Assembly: GCA_963704725.1 (NCBI GenBank)
Contig: OY969934.1
Span: 1,152,001 to 1,216,000, forward strand
Direction of reading: 5' to 3'
DNA: 64,000 nt
Source of the DNA: an uncultured Actinomycetes bacterium
GTDB taxonomy: Bacteria; Actinomycetota; UBA4738; HRBIN12
Position numbers and translations under genes: made by a program
The notes under the pieces: model-generated
Databases searched by the model: none
What the model saw: only the letters and a program-made list of their open reading frames with translations
What the model was told of the DNA's origin: nothing
Shown: in pieces, positions 39,745 to 50,504 of the stretch
How the letters are laid out: each line of letters begins with the position of its first letter
Position numbering within the stretch: position 1 is the stretch's first letter

Positions 39745-40917
39745 TCATCCCGAGCCGGTGCGGCGCTCGGCCGCCACGGCGGGCAGGCGCACCTCGAACC
39801 GCGTGCCCCGCCCCAGCTCGGAGTCCACCGAGATCCGCCCGCCGTGGTTCTCCACGATGTGGCGCACGATCGACAGGCCGAGCCCGGTGCCGCCGGTCTC
39901 GCGCGAGCGGGCCCGGTCCACCCGGTAGAAGCGCTCGAAGATCCGGGGCAGGTCCCGCTTGGGGATGCCGAGGCCGGTGTCGCTCACGGTCAGCACGACC
40001 TCGCCGTCCTCGGCCCCGAGCGCCACCTCGACCCGGCCGCCCGATCGCGTGTACCGGATCGCGTTGTCGACGAGGTTGCGGACCAGGAGCACGAGATCGC
40101 GCGCCGAGCCCCGGACACGGGGGACGACGTCCGCCCGGATCGTCAGCTCGACCCCGGCCTCCGCGGCCGGGTCCTCGAATCGCTCCGCCTCGTCGCGGAG
40201 CACGGCGTCGAACGCCACGGCCTCGTCGAGCTCGCTGCCCGACTCGAGCCGCGACAGGTCGAGCAGGTCGCTCACGATCCGGGAGAGCCGGACCGCCTCG
40301 CGCTCGAGCTGGGCGGCGAACCGCGGGATCACCGCCGGGTCGTCCAGCGAAGCCGTCTGGATCGTCTCCGCGGCCGCCTGGATCGAGGCGGCGGGCGTCT
40401 TGAGCTCGTGCGAGGCGTTGGCCACGAAGTCCCGGCGGATCGCGTCGAGGCGCTTGGACTCCGTGACGTCGCGGACCACGAGGAGCACCGTCCCATCCTC
40501 GCCCACCGGGACGGCCTGCGCCCGCAGCCACCGGGACGGCGAGCCGACCTCGGCGTCGGCGCTCGCCGCCTGGCGCAGGCCGGAGGCTCGCCGGGCCGAC
40601 TCCTGGATCGCGAGCGGCAGGATGGTGGAGACCGAGCGCGGGACGGCGCCCAGGAGGCGCTCGGCGGCCGGGTTCGCGAACACCGACTGGCCGTCGCGCC
40701 CGAACAGGATCACACCCTCGAGCATCGAGGACAGGACCAGGTCCATCCGGCGCCGATCCTCGGCCCCACTTCGCAGGCGCTCGGCGGAGTCCTCTTCCTG
40801 ACGGGCAAGAGCGGCAGCCGTTGCCTCGGAGCGGGTTCGCGCTCGCCGCCGGCCGAGCCAGCCACCCAGCACGAACGCGACGACGGCCACAGCGACCAGC
40901 CACAACGCCACGTTCAC
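39745..40917 (-). CDS. senX3: Phosphate-regulon sensor histidine kinase (SenX3/PhoR-like)
   Basis: N-terminal TM, PAS-like domain, RRDFVANASHELKTP, NLVDNAIRY, IFERFYRVD.ARSRETGGTGLGL. Confidence 0.88.
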   Translation of the reverse strand: MNVALWLVAVAVVAFVLGGWLGRRRARTRSEATAAALARQEEDSAERLRSGAEDRRRMDLVLSSMLEGVILFGRDGQSVFANPAAERLLGAVPRSVSTILPLAIQESARRASGLRQAASADAEVGSPSRWLRAQAVPVGEDGTVLLVVRDVTESKRLDAIRRDFVANASHELKTPAASIQAAAETIQTASLDDPAVIPRFAAQLEREAVRLSRIVSDLLDLSRLESGSELDEAVAFDAVLRDEAERFEDPAAEAGVELTIRADVVPRVRGSARDLVLLVRNLVDNAIRYTRSGGRVEVALGAEDGEVVLTVSDTGLGIPKRDLPRIFERFYRVDRARSRETGGTGLGLSIVRHIVENHGGRISVDSELGRGTRFEVRLPAVAAERRTGSG

Positions 40918-40945
40918 GATCGGAGTGTAGGGGCCGGAGGGCGCC

Positions 40946-40978
40946 GTTCATTGCGCGTTCCTGCAACCTTCCGACGTT
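40946..40978 (+). promoter_or_regulatory. PHO-box-like 11-bp repeats between senX3 and the Zn-ribbon gene
   Basis: GTTCAT 40946, GTTCCT 40957, CTTCCG 40968. Confidence 0.5.
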
Positions 40979-41030
40979 CGCCAGACGGGAACCGCGGCAC
41001 GGCCTCCCCGCGGGCGTACGGTCGGCGCAC

Positions 41031-41366
41031 ATGGTGGGCGTTTCGGACTCGGCCACGGACTGCCCCGACTGTGGGGCGACGGGTTCCGTTCGGGCCGGGG
41101 TGTGCGACCTGTGCTTCGCCGATCTCGGGGAGCGCCGGTGGTCCGCTCGACGCGGCCCCGTTACGACGGCCCTCGATCCGAACGGCCTCCGGTTCAGCGA
41201 CGTCGTGGACGAGCTTCGCGCCCTGGTCGCCCTGGCGCGCGAGATGGACGACGGCTCGCCGGTCGCCGCCGCGGGGGTCCGGGCCGAGCTGCTCCTCGGG
41301 TCGCTCCGGACCCAGTTCCTGCGGGACCTGGGACTTCCCGTGCTCGGAGCCGCCGGCGCCGAGTGA
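41031..41366 (+). CDS. Small Zn-ribbon protein
   Basis: CPDC-x10-CDLC then a helical C-terminal part; GC-biased codon usage; fills the gap between senX3 and pstS. Confidence 0.65.
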   Translation: MVGVSDSATDCPDCGATGSVRAGVCDLCFADLGERRWSARRGPVTTALDPNGLRFSDVVDELRALVALAREMDDGSPVAAAGVRAELLLGSLRTQFLRDLGLPVLGAAGAE

Positions 41367-41385
41367 GCGCCGGGCGTCTCGGAAC

Positions 41386-41458
41386 GTTCACGCTTCGCCG
41401 CTCGTTCACGCCGCGTTCACACGCGGGACCGCTCTCGTTTACGGGGGCTGACTAGCGT
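41386..41458 (+). promoter_or_regulatory. PHO boxes and -10 of pstS
   Basis: GTTCAC at 41404 and 41415, GTTTAC 41437, CTTCGC 41393 (11-bp phase), extra GTTCAC 41386; TAGCGT 41453. Resembles the actinobacterial GTTCA PHO repeat. Confidence 0.8.
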
Positions 41459-41506
41459 GCCCGCCCGGGAGCAGGCCCGACCGGCCGGCGAGTCAAGGAG
41501 GGCTAC

Positions 41507-42634
41507 ATGGGGAAGCGTAGGACGTGGGCCGTCGTGGCTCTGATCGCCACGCTGGCGATCGTCGCGGCGGCGTGCTCGAGCGACGACGACGGCAACAGCG
41601 GATCGAGCGGGACGACCAGCACCACCACCGGGGGAGCCGCGTTCACCGGGACCTCGCTGACCGGTGCCGGGGCGACGTTCCCCGACCCGATCTACGAGGT
41701 CTGGTTCCAGCAGTTCCGGGACGTCGAGTCCGACGCGAAGATCAACTACCAGGCCATCGGCTCGGGCGGCGGCATCGAGCAGTTCACGCAGCAGACGGTG
41801 GACTTCGGCGCCTCGGACGCCCCGCTGCAGGACGACGAGATCGCTGCGCTTCCGACGGACTACATCGAGCTCCCGACGGTGCTCGGCGGCGTGGTGTTCG
41901 CCTACAACGTGTCCGGTTTGGACAGCGGGCTCAAGCTCGACGGAACAACCGGCGCGGACATCTTCCTCGGCAAGATCACGACGTGGAACGATCCGGCGAT
42001 CGCGGCGTTGAACCCGGATCTCGACCTTCCCGACACCCCGATCTCGGTCGTGCACCGCGCCGACGAGTCCGGCACCACGTTCGTGTTCACGTCCTGGCTC
42101 GCCTCGCAGAGCCCCGAATGGGAGACCCAGGTCGGCGCCGACAAGGACGTCAACTGGCCGGTGGGAACCGGCGGCGACGGCAACGACGGGGTCGCGGCCG
42201 GCATCCAGCAGACGGACGGCGCGATCGGCTATCTTTCGTTCGACTTCGCCGTGACCGGGAACCTCGGCATCGCCGATGTCGCGAGGGAGGACGGGACGTA
42301 CGTGACGCCGTCGCTGGATTCGATCAGCGCCGCCGGCGGCGCGCTGAGCCTTCCGATCGCACCCGACACCAACGTCCTGAACTCCCCCGCAGACGGGGCC
42401 TATCCCATCGCGAGCACGACCTACCTGCTGCTCTACAAGGACTTGGCCGACCACGACAAGGCCCAGACCGTCTTCGACTTCGTGACATGGGCGCTGACGG
42501 CCGGGCAGGCGAGCACCGCGCAGGTCAACTACTCACCGCTGCCGACGGAGGTCGCCCAGCAGGCGCTCGACGCCTTGGCCGAGATGACGTCCGGCGGCCA
42601 GGCCCTGACGGCGTCGCCGGGCGTCTCCGGCTAG
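41507..42634 (+). CDS. pstS: Phosphate-binding lipoprotein
   Basis: AAAC lipobox; GAGATFP, YQAIGSGGG, DFGASD, HRADESGTT, YPI. Confidence 0.96.
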   Translation: MGKRRTWAVVALIATLAIVAAACSSDDDGNSGSSGTTSTTTGGAAFTGTSLTGAGATFPDPIYEVWFQQFRDVESDAKINYQAIGSGGGIEQFTQQTVDFGASDAPLQDDEIAALPTDYIELPTVLGGVVFAYNVSGLDSGLKLDGTTGADIFLGKITTWNDPAIAALNPDLDLPDTPISVVHRADESGTTFVFTSWLASQSPEWETQVGADKDVNWPVGTGGDGNDGVAAGIQQTDGAIGYLSFDFAVTGNLGIADVAREDGTYVTPSLDSISAAGGALSLPIAPDTNVLNSPADGAYPIASTTYLLLYKDLADHDKAQTVFDFVTWALTAGQASTAQVNYSPLPTEVAQQALDALAEMTSGGQALTASPGVSG

Positions 42635-42636
42635 GC

Positions 42637-43662
42637 TTGACGACGATCGACACGACCACGGGACCGGGAGCGGCGCGCTCGCGCCGCTCCCGGCTCGTGG
42701 ATCGCGCGTTCGGGGGGAGCACCTGGCTGATCTCGCTGCTTCTGATCGGCCTGCTCGTCGCGCTCCTGGTCGTTCTCTTGGACGGCTCGTGGCGGGTGTT
42801 CTCGAGGTTCGGGTTCGGGTTCTTCACCGGAACGACCTGGGATCCCGTCCCCGGGCGTGAGAAGTTCGGGGCGCTCCCGTTCGTGTTCGGGACGCTCGTC
42901 ACGTCGGCGGTCGCGATCGTGATCGCCGTGCCGGTCTCCGTCGGCGTCGCGATCCTCTTGAACGAAGTGCGCCGCTCGATCGCGAACCCGCTCGCGATCT
43001 TCGTCGACATCCTGGCCGCGATCCCGAGCGTGGTGTACGGACTCTGGGGGCTCTACGTGCTCAAGCCCTTCTTCGATGACCACGTCGAGCCGTTCCTGAT
43101 CTCCTCCGTCGGCAGGGTGCCGCTGCTCGGTGCGCTGTTCCACGGCAAGGCCCAGGGTCCGGACATGTTCACGGCCGGTGTGATCCTCGCGATCATGATC
43201 CTGCCGATCGTCACGGCGGTGACCCGTGAGGTCATCGCCGTCGTCCCGCGCGACCTCCGAGAGGCAGCCCTCGCCCTCGGCTCCACCCGCTGGGAGGCCA
43301 CACGGTTGGCCGTTCTGCCGTACGCGCGGAGTGGCGTCGTCGGTGCCACGATGCTCGGATTGGGTCGAGCGTTGGGGGAGACGATCGCCGTCACCATGGT
43401 GATCGGGAACACCACGCAGATCAAAGCGTCGCTGATGGATCCGGCCGCCACCATCCCGTCCAAGATCGCGGCCGCGTTCCGAGAGGCGAGCAGTGTCGGG
43501 CTTCACCATTCTGCGTTGCTGGGCCTCGCGGTCACCCTCGTCGTCATGGCGTTCATCCTGGCGCTGCTCTCGCGGCTTCTGGTTCGTCGCACCAGCGGCC
43601 TGGTGGGGGGTCCGACGGCGGAGGAGGCGGCCTCCGAAGCCGCATGGAGGATCAGCGGATGA
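42637..43662 (+). CDS. pstC: Phosphate ABC permease
   Basis: LAAIPSVVYGLWG, ILAIMILP, REAALALG.TRWE, LGRALGET.AV. Confidence 0.95.
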   Translation: MTTIDTTTGPGAARSRRSRLVDRAFGGSTWLISLLLIGLLVALLVVLLDGSWRVFSRFGFGFFTGTTWDPVPGREKFGALPFVFGTLVTSAVAIVIAVPVSVGVAILLNEVRRSIANPLAIFVDILAAIPSVVYGLWGLYVLKPFFDDHVEPFLISSVGRVPLLGALFHGKAQGPDMFTAGVILAIMILPIVTAVTREVIAVVPRDLREAALALGSTRWEATRLAVLPYARSGVVGATMLGLGRALGETIAVTMVIGNTTQIKASLMDPAATIPSKIAAAFREASSVGLHHSALLGLAVTLVVMAFILALLSRLLVRRTSGLVGGPTAEEAASEAAWRISG

Positions 43663-44531
43663 GCGCCGTCGCTTCGGTGTCGCTCGGACGAGTCGTCGGT
43701 GCCCGACGTGTCAAGAACTCCCTGTTCACCGCGTTCCTGTGGGGGTGCGGCGTTCTCGCACTGGTCCCGCTGATCGTGATCGCGACCTACGTGGCCTCGA
43801 AGGGCTATCAGGTGATCGGGGTGAACTTCTTCACGAAGGAGCCCGATGCCATCAATCCACCCGCGGGCGGCATCGTCCAGTCGTTCATCGGAACCGGCGT
43901 CATCGTGGGGATCGCGACGGCGATCGCGGTGCCGATCGGCGCGATGACCGGCGTGTATCTCGCCGAGTACGGGCGGGGGCGATTCGCGAGCGCGGTTCGC
44001 CTCGTCGCAGAGGTTCTGCTCTCCACCCCATCCATCGTGGCGGGCGCGTTCATCTGGGCGACGGTCGTCGTTGCGTTGGGCAACTTCTCCGCGCTGGCCG
44101 GAGGATTGTCCCTGGTCGTGCTGATGTGGCCGATCGTCGCGCGAGCCATGGAGGAGGTGCTTCGTCTCGTTCCGCAAGAGCTGCGCGAGGGCGCGCTCGC
44201 GCTGGGCCTGCCACGCTGGCGGATGATCGTTCGGGTGGTGATCCCCACCGCAGGCGCCGGGCTGCTCACCGCCATCATGCTGGCGATCGCGCGGGCTCTC
44301 GGTGAGACGGCGCCCATCCTCCTCACGGCCCTCGGCAACGACTTCATGAACGTCGACGTCTTCCAGCCGACGGACGCCGTGCCGTTGCGGATCTTCTCCG
44401 ACGCCCGGACGCCCGTCGAGGCACTGCACCAGTTCGCATGGGGAGGGGCGCTGGTCCTTCTCGTGGTCGTATTGTTCCTGTCCATCGGCGCCCGGGTGCT
44501 GGCCACCCGCCAACAGAAGAGGATCGCGTGA
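43659..44531 (+). CDS. pstA: Phosphate ABC permease
   Basis: [30 protein letters not shown]. Confidence 0.95.
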   Translation: MSAVASVSLGRVVGARRVKNSLFTAFLWGCGVLALVPLIVIATYVASKGYQVIGVNFFTKEPDAINPPAGGIVQSFIGTGVIVGIATAIAVPIGAMTGVYLAEYGRGRFASAVRLVAEVLLSTPSIVAGAFIWATVVVALGNFSALAGGLSLVVLMWPIVARAMEEVLRLVPQELREGALALGLPRWRMIVRVVIPTAGAGLLTAIMLAIARALGETAPILLTALGNDFMNVDVFQPTDAVPLRIFSDARTPVEALHQFAWGGALVLLVVVLFLSIGARVLATRQQKRIA

Positions 44532-45286
44532 GCAAGATGGAGGTCAGCGGCCTGGACGCCTGGTTCGGCTCCATGCACGTCCTGAAGGGCATCAACGTCA
44601 AGACCGAGCCGGGCGAGGTGACCGCGATCATCGGTCCCTCCGGCTGCGGGAAGTCGACGCTGATCCGGTGCCTGAACCGGATGCACGAGGAGGTGCGGGG
44701 AGCCAGCGTGAAGGGCAAGGTGCTGTTCGACGGCATGGACATCTACGCTCCCGACGTGGACCCCGTGGCCGTCCGCCGGAGGATCGGCATGGTGTTCCAG
44801 CGGCCGAACCCGTTCCCCACGATGAGCATCCTCGACAACACGCTCGCCGGGCTCCGCCTCGCCGGCGACCGCATGAACCGCGACGAGCAGATGCGGCACG
44901 CGGAGCAGGCGCTGTCCGCCGCCGGACTGTGGAACGAGGTCAAGGACCGTCTCCAGGAGCCGGGCGGAAAGCTGTCCGGCGGCCAGCAGCAGCGGCTGTG
45001 CATCGCGCGAGCGCTGGCCGTCGAGCCCGACGTGCTGCTCATGGACGAGCCTGCGTCGGCGCTGGACCCGGCCTCGACGCTGCGGATCGAGGAGCTGGTG
45101 GGCGAGCTCAAGAGCTCGTACACGGTCATCATCGTGACGCACAACATGCAGCAGGCGGCGCGTGTCTCCGACTGGACCTTGTTCATGCTGTACGGGGAAG
45201 TGGTGGAGTTCGGCCCGACGGAACGGATCTTCACCTCTCCCGAGGACAAGCGGACCGAGGATTACGTGACCGGGAGGTTCGGCTGA
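44528..45286 (+). CDS. pstB: Phosphate ABC ATPase
   Basis: [48 protein letters not shown]. Confidence 0.97.
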   Translation: MSKMEVSGLDAWFGSMHVLKGINVKTEPGEVTAIIGPSGCGKSTLIRCLNRMHEEVRGASVKGKVLFDGMDIYAPDVDPVAVRRRIGMVFQRPNPFPTMSILDNTLAGLRLAGDRMNRDEQMRHAEQALSAAGLWNEVKDRLQEPGGKLSGGQQQRLCIARALAVEPDVLLMDEPASALDPASTLRIEELVGELKSSYTVIIVTHNMQQAARVSDWTLFMLYGEVVEFGPTERIFTSPEDKRTEDYVTGRFG

Positions 45287-45984
45287 TGGCCGACACGCGC
45301 CGACGATTCCACGACGAGCTCGCCGACATGGAGCTCCGCCTGCTCACGCTGGGCGAGCTCGCTGGGGACGCCGTCCGCAGGTCCGTGGAGGGTGTCGAGC
45401 AGCACTCCGACGAGATCGCGGAGGCGGTCATCGCCGGGGACGACGAGGTCGACCGGGTCTACATCGAGCTGGATCAGGGGATGATCTCCCTGATCGCCCT
45501 GCAGACGCCGGTCGCCGCCGATCTCCGCCTGGTGTCCGTGATCCTGCACTCGGCCCTGCACCTGGAGCGGATCGGGGATCAGGCGGTGAACGTCGCGAAG
45601 ACCTATCTGTTGACCAGGGATCTGCCGGCGAGCGCCCCCATCGTCCAGGTGATCGGCGAGATGGGTCGCCTCGTCGTCGAGATGGTCCGCACCGCGATGG
45701 AGTCGCTCCGCCAACGCGATCGGGACCTGTGCCTCAAGCTCCCGGAGATGGACGACCCCGTCGACCGGCTGAACCGGAACATGCACTTCGAGGTGGCCAA
45801 GCTCGCCGGGGACCCGCAGGCGCTCGAGTGGGGGATGCACATGAACCTGGCGGCTCGCGCGCTGGAGCGCGTGGGCGACAACGCCGTGGACATCGGGGAG
45901 CAGGTCTCGTATCTGCTGACAGGGGAGTTCCGTGAGTTCACCGACGCATCCCATCCCGGCGACGTCGTTGCCGACACCGACTGA
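45286..45984 (+). CDS. phoU: Phosphate signalling protein PhoU
   Basis: LQTPVAADLR, LERIGD, DDPVD, LERVGDNA. Confidence 0.95.
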   Translation: MADTRRRFHDELADMELRLLTLGELAGDAVRRSVEGVEQHSDEIAEAVIAGDDEVDRVYIELDQGMISLIALQTPVAADLRLVSVILHSALHLERIGDQAVNVAKTYLLTRDLPASAPIVQVIGEMGRLVVEMVRTAMESLRQRDRDLCLKLPEMDDPVDRLNRNMHFEVAKLAGDPQALEWGMHMNLAARALERVGDNAVDIGEQVSYLLTGEFREFTDASHPGDVVADTD

Positions 45985-46672
45985 CGGCACGCGGATCCTC
46001 GTCGTCGAGGACGAGGAGTCCCTGGCCGACTCGGTCCGGTACAACCTGGAGCGTGAGGGATACGGCGTCAGCGTGGCCGTCGACGGGCGGCGCGCCCTCG
46101 AGCGATTCCGTGTGGAACGACCATCGCTCGTGATCCTCGATCTCATGCTGCCCGAGGTCTCGGGCCTCGACGTGTGCCGCACCATCCGGGCCGAGTCCGA
46201 CGTCCCCATCATCATGGTGACCGCGAAGGACTCGGAGGCCGACAAGGTGACGGGACTCGAGCTCGGAGCCGACGATTACGTCACCAAGCCGTTCTCGATG
46301 CGCGAGCTGGTCTCGCGCGTGCGCGCCAACCTGCGCAGGATCCGGCCGGCATCGGTCCCCGAGACGGTCGAGGAGATCCTCGCCGGCGGGCCGGTGCGGA
46401 TGGACGTCGCCCGGCACGAGGTCGCCGTGCGGGGCGACTCGGTCTCGCTTCCCCCCAAGGAGTTCGAGCTCCTCGAGACCTTCCTCCGTCGGAAGGGGCG
46501 CCTCCTGACCCGCGACTTCCTTATCGAGGAGGTCTGGGGCGCCGACTACTTCGGAGACACGCGCACCCTCGATGTACACGTGAAGCGGTTGCGCCGCAAG
46601 CTCGAGACGGACCCGCATCATCCCGACCACTTGCAGACGGTGCGAGGCCTCGGCTACAAGTTCGTCGAATAG
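45968..46672 (+). CDS. regX3: OmpR-family response regulator (RegX3/PhoB-like)
   Basis: VVEDEES, LDLMLP, VTAKDSE.DKV.GLELGADDYVTKPF, VWGADY.GDT.TLDVHVKRLR; start uncertain. Confidence 0.9.
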   Translation: MPTPTDGTRILVVEDEESLADSVRYNLEREGYGVSVAVDGRRALERFRVERPSLVILDLMLPEVSGLDVCRTIRAESDVPIIMVTAKDSEADKVTGLELGADDYVTKPFSMRELVSRVRANLRRIRPASVPETVEEILAGGPVRMDVARHEVAVRGDSVSLPPKEFELLETFLRRKGRLLTRDFLIEEVWGADYFGDTRTLDVHVKRLRRKLETDPHHPDHLQTVRGLGYKFVE

Positions 46673-46740
46673 CGGGACTTTCGTCCGCGCTCCGCCCCCC
46701 GGCCAGGTGATATATCAGCCACGCAACGGGGGGTATCCGC

Positions 46741-47367
46741 ATGCCGATGCCGAGGTTCCGTCTCGTCCCGCGCGACGAGAGTTTCTTCAAGTTGTTCGTC
46801 CGCCAGGCGGAGAACGTGGAGGTTGCCGCGCAGGCCCTCTTCGAGCTGATCTCCGAGTACCACGGCGTGAAGTCCAAGGCGGCTCACCTCGGGAAGCTCG
46901 AGCACGAGGGCGACGAGATCACGCACGAGATCATGCGCCGGCTCAACACCGTCTTCGTGACCCCCCTCGACCACGAGGACATCCATCATCTGACGTCCAC
47001 GCTGGACGACGTCCTCGATCACATGGAGGCCGCCGCCGACCTGTTCGTGCTTCACAAGATCGACCACCCGCTGCCCGAGATGAAGGCGCAAGCCGACGTT
47101 CTGGTCCGGGCTACCAAGACGATCCGCGAGGCGCTCGAGCAGCTGCCGCGCTACAAGGAGCTGCCGCCGTACTGGATCGAGGTGGACCGTCTCGAGAACG
47201 AGGGAGACCGCGTCTACCGCCAGGCGCTCGCCGACCTGTTCGGCGGCGACTACAAGGCGATGGACGTCCTCAAATGGCGGGACATCCTCGACGAGCTCGA
47301 GGCGGCGATCGACCGGGCGGAGGACCTGTCCGACATCCTCGAGGGCATCGCCTTGAAGCAGGCCTGA
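46741..47367 (+). CDS. DUF47 (PhoU-like) Pit accessory protein
   Basis: FF.LF, EHEGD.ITH, F.TP.D.EDI..L...LDDV.D, ENEGD. Confidence 0.92.
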   Translation: MPMPRFRLVPRDESFFKLFVRQAENVEVAAQALFELISEYHGVKSKAAHLGKLEHEGDEITHEIMRRLNTVFVTPLDHEDIHHLTSTLDDVLDHMEAAADLFVLHKIDHPLPEMKAQADVLVRATKTIREALEQLPRYKELPPYWIEVDRLENEGDRVYRQALADLFGGDYKAMDVLKWRDILDELEAAIDRAEDLSDILEGIALKQA

Positions 47368-48363
47368 ATGCCGCTCTGGCTCGTCCTGATCCTCGCCTAC
47401 TCCTTCGAGTTCGCGAACGGGTGGACCGATGCGCCCAACTCCATCGCGACCGTGGTCTCGACCCGGGTGCTTCGCCCCTTCCAAGCCGTCCTCATGGCCG
47501 GGGCGCTCAACCTCACCGGCGCGCTGATCGGCACCGAGGTCGCCAAGACGATCGCGAACGGGATCGTCGACCCGAGGTTCGTGACCCTCACCACGATCGG
47601 GGCCGCCGTCCTCGCCGCGACGATCTGGGCGCTCGGAGCGCAGTTCTACGGGTTGCCTTCGAGCGAGTCGCATGCGCTCGTCGCGGCCCTCCTCGGGGCA
47701 GGGTTCGCCGCCGGTGGGCTCGACGCGCTCCGCTGGTCGGGGACGAGCAAGTCCCTGAGCGGACTGCTCATCTCGCCGATCGGTGGGTTCCTCGCCGGGT
47801 TGATCCTGATGGTCCTGATCTACCGACTGTTCGCCCGGGCGCGGGCATCGACCGTCCGGCGGTTCTTCGGCAAGGCGCAGATCGGGTCGGCGGCCTTCAT
47901 GGCGCTCAGCCACGGGCTGAACGACGCTCAGAAGACCATGGGCGTCATCACGCTGGCCGTGCTGCTGAGCGACGCCGGCACCGGGAACAAGGTGCCCGAG
48001 GAGTTCGGCATCCCGATCTGGGTGATCGTCTCCGCCGCGCTCGTCATCGGTTTCGGGACGATGGTCGGAGGCTGGAGGGTCATCCGGACGATGGGATTGC
48101 GCCTGACCAAGCTGGAGCCCGTGAACGGGTTCGCCGCCGAGACCGGCGCGGCGCTGGTGATCACGGGCGCCGCCTCGTTGGGCATCCCCATCTCGACGAC
48201 CCACGCCATCGGGACCGCCATCATGGGGGTGGGGGCCACGAAGCGCCTGTCGGCGGTCCGGTGGGGGGTGGCCGGGCAGGTGGTGGGCGCCTGGATCCTC
48301 ACCTGGCCCTCGTGCATGATCCTCGGATACCTGCTGGGCAAGGGTCTCGGGACGCTGTTCTGA
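47368..48363 (+). CDS. pit: Inorganic phosphate transporter (PiT family)
   Basis: NGWTDAPNSIATVVSTR, PSSESHAL, HGLNDAQKTMG, PISTTH. Confidence 0.95.
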   Translation: MPLWLVLILAYSFEFANGWTDAPNSIATVVSTRVLRPFQAVLMAGALNLTGALIGTEVAKTIANGIVDPRFVTLTTIGAAVLAATIWALGAQFYGLPSSESHALVAALLGAGFAAGGLDALRWSGTSKSLSGLLISPIGGFLAGLILMVLIYRLFARARASTVRRFFGKAQIGSAAFMALSHGLNDAQKTMGVITLAVLLSDAGTGNKVPEEFGIPIWVIVSAALVIGFGTMVGGWRVIRTMGLRLTKLEPVNGFAAETGAALVITGAASLGIPISTTHAIGTAIMGVGATKRLSAVRWGVAGQVVGAWILTWPSCMILGYLLGKGLGTLF

Positions 48364-48437
48364 TGTGAACAACCGTCTGCAAGCCGTCCAACCCTTGTCC
48401 CGCCTCGCGCTTGCGGTTTAGCATCGATGCCCTTCCC

Positions 48438-50504
48438 ATGGATGCCCGCGAACCCCTTCCCGACGACCCCGACCTCCGGTACCTCAACCGGGAGCTGTCC
48501 TGGCTGGAGTTCAATGCGCGGGTCCTGGCGATCGCCGAGGACGCCTCCCTCCCGCTGCTCGAGCGAGTCAAGTTCGTTGCCATCTTCAGTAACAACCTCG
48601 ACGAGTTCTTCCAGGTCCGGGTGGCGGGCATCCAGGAGCAGGTCGAGGCGGGCGTGACGAAGCGCTCGCCCGACGGCCGAACCCCCGCCGAGCAGCTCGA
48701 GGGGATCCGGTCTCGCACCCAGGAGCTCACCGCGCACGCCGCCGACCTGTTCATGTCGGAGCTGGCGCCGGCGCTCGAGAAGGAGCGGATCCGCATCGTG
48801 CGGTCGGTCGACGGCCTCGCGCCGGCCGACGTCGCGTACCTGGAGGGCGAGTTCGCGGAGCGCATCTTCCCGGTCCTCACGCCGCTGTCGGTGGACCCGG
48901 CGCACCCGTTCCCGTACATCTCGGACCTGTCGCTCAACCTCGCGGCGATCGTGCGCGACCCCATGACCGGCGGCCGGCGATTCGCCCGCGTGAAGGTGCC
49001 GCCGCTGCTGCCGCGGTTCGTGGCGCTGCCGGACGGCGAGCGGTTCGTGCCGCTCGAGGTCGTGATCGCGGCGTACCTGGATCGCCTGTTCCCGGGGATG
49101 GAGATCGCGACCCACCACGTCTTCCGCGTGACCCGGGACGCCGACGTCGAGGTGGAGGAGGACGAGGCCGGGGACCTGCTCGAGCAGATCCAGAGCGTCC
49201 TCCGCCGGCGTCGCCGGGGCGCCAGCTCGGTGCGCCTCGAGGTCGACGAGACGATGACGCCCGAGGTGCTCTCCCTGCTCCGGCGCGAGTTGGATCTGGA
49301 GGAGACCGAGGTGTTCCAGACCATCGGTCTGCTGGATCTGACGGCGTTGTGGTTCTTCGCCGGCCTGGACCGGCCCGAGCTCAAGCTCGATCCGTGGGTG
49401 CCGGTGACGCAGCCGCGTCTCACCAACGGCGGGTCGCCGGACCTGTTCCGCGTGCTCCGCAGCGGGGACGTCCTCGTCCACCACCCGTACGACTCCTTCT
49501 CCTCCTCGGTCGAGGCGTTCGTCGAGCAGGCGGCGCACGACCCGGACGTGCTCGCGATCAAGCAGACGATGTACCGGACCTCGGGCGAGGAGAGCCCGAT
49601 CATCCGCTCGCTGATCCGGGCCGCGGAGCTCGGCAAGCAGGTCGTGGCGCTCGTCGAGCTGAAGGCCCGGTTCGACGAGGAGGCCAACATCACGTACGCG
49701 CTCGAGCTCGAGCAGGCCGGCGTGCACGTGGTCTACGGCGTCGTCGGCCTGAAGACCCACGCCAAGATCTCGCTCGTCGTCCGGCGCGAGCAGGGTGGCG
49801 TGCGCCGGTACGCCCACGTGGGGACGGGCAACTACAACCCCGTCACGGCCAGGCTGTACGAGGACATCGGGCTGCTCACCGCCGACCCGGACGTCGGCGC
49901 CGACCTCACGGACCTGTTCAACCTCCTGACCGGCTACAGCCGGCAGCGCGAGTACCGCAAGCTGCTCGTCGCGCCGCACTACCTGCGCCCGCGGCTGCTC
50001 GACCTGATCCGCCGGCAGGCCCGGGAGGGCGGCCGGATCGTGATGAAGATGAACTCCCTGGTCGACCCCGACATGGTGGACGCGCTCTACGAGGCGTCCC
50101 AGGCCGGCGCCGAGGTGCATCTGTTCATCCGGGGGATCTGCTGCCTGCGCCCCCAGGTCCCCGGGCTGTCCGACAACATCCGCGCGCGTTCCGTCGTCGG
50201 CCGGTATCTGGAGCACTCCCGGATCTTCCGGTTCGGCGAGCGCGACGAGGCGCAGTACTACATCGGCTCCGCGGACCTGATGCAGCGCAACCTCGACCGC
50301 CGCGTGGAGGCGGTCGTCCCGGTGACCGATCCCGCCCTCACGGCGAGGCTGGACGAGATCCTCGCCGTTGATCTCGAGGACGACACGCTCGCCTGGGCCC
50401 TCGGCGCGGACGGGTCCTGGACGAAGGTGCCGACGGAACGGGGCTCGAACACCCACCTGCGCCTGCAGGAGCTGGCGGTCGAGCGGGCCCACGCGGTGCG
50501 ATGA
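48438..50504 (+). CDS. ppk1: Polyphosphate kinase 1
   Basis: NRELSWLEFNARV, NLDEFFQVRVA, HHPYDSF, ELKARFDE, KTHAK, GTGNYN, SADLM.RNLDRRVE. Confidence 0.97.
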   Translation: MDAREPLPDDPDLRYLNRELSWLEFNARVLAIAEDASLPLLERVKFVAIFSNNLDEFFQVRVAGIQEQVEAGVTKRSPDGRTPAEQLEGIRSRTQELTAHAADLFMSELAPALEKERIRIVRSVDGLAPADVAYLEGEFAERIFPVLTPLSVDPAHPFPYISDLSLNLAAIVRDPMTGGRRFARVKVPPLLPRFVALPDGERFVPLEVVIAAYLDRLFPGMEIATHHVFRVTRDADVEVEEDEAGDLLEQIQSVLRRRRRGASSVRLEVDETMTPEVLSLLRRELDLEETEVFQTIGLLDLTALWFFAGLDRPELKLDPWVPVTQPRLTNGGSPDLFRVLRSGDVLVHHPYDSFSSSVEAFVEQAAHDPDVLAIKQTMYRTSGEESPIIRSLIRAAELGKQVVALVELKARFDEEANITYALELEQAGVHVVYGVVGLKTHAKISLVVRREQGGVRRYAHVGTGNYNPVTARLYEDIGLLTADPDVGADLTDLFNLLTGYSRQREYRKLLVAPHYLRPRLLDLIRRQAREGGRIVMKMNSLVDPDMVDALYEASQAGAEVHLFIRGICCLRPQVPGLSDNIRARSVVGRYLEHSRIFRFGERDEAQYYIGSADLMQRNLDRRVEAVVPVTDPALTARLDEILAVDLEDDTLAWALGADGSWTKVPTERGSNTHLRLQELAVERAHAVR

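Noticed and set aside
48375-48402. PHO box upstream of ppk1 (GTCTGC/GTCCAA/GTCCCG at 11-bp spacing)
   Set aside because: The phasing is suggestive but the match to GTTCAC is too degenerate to call.
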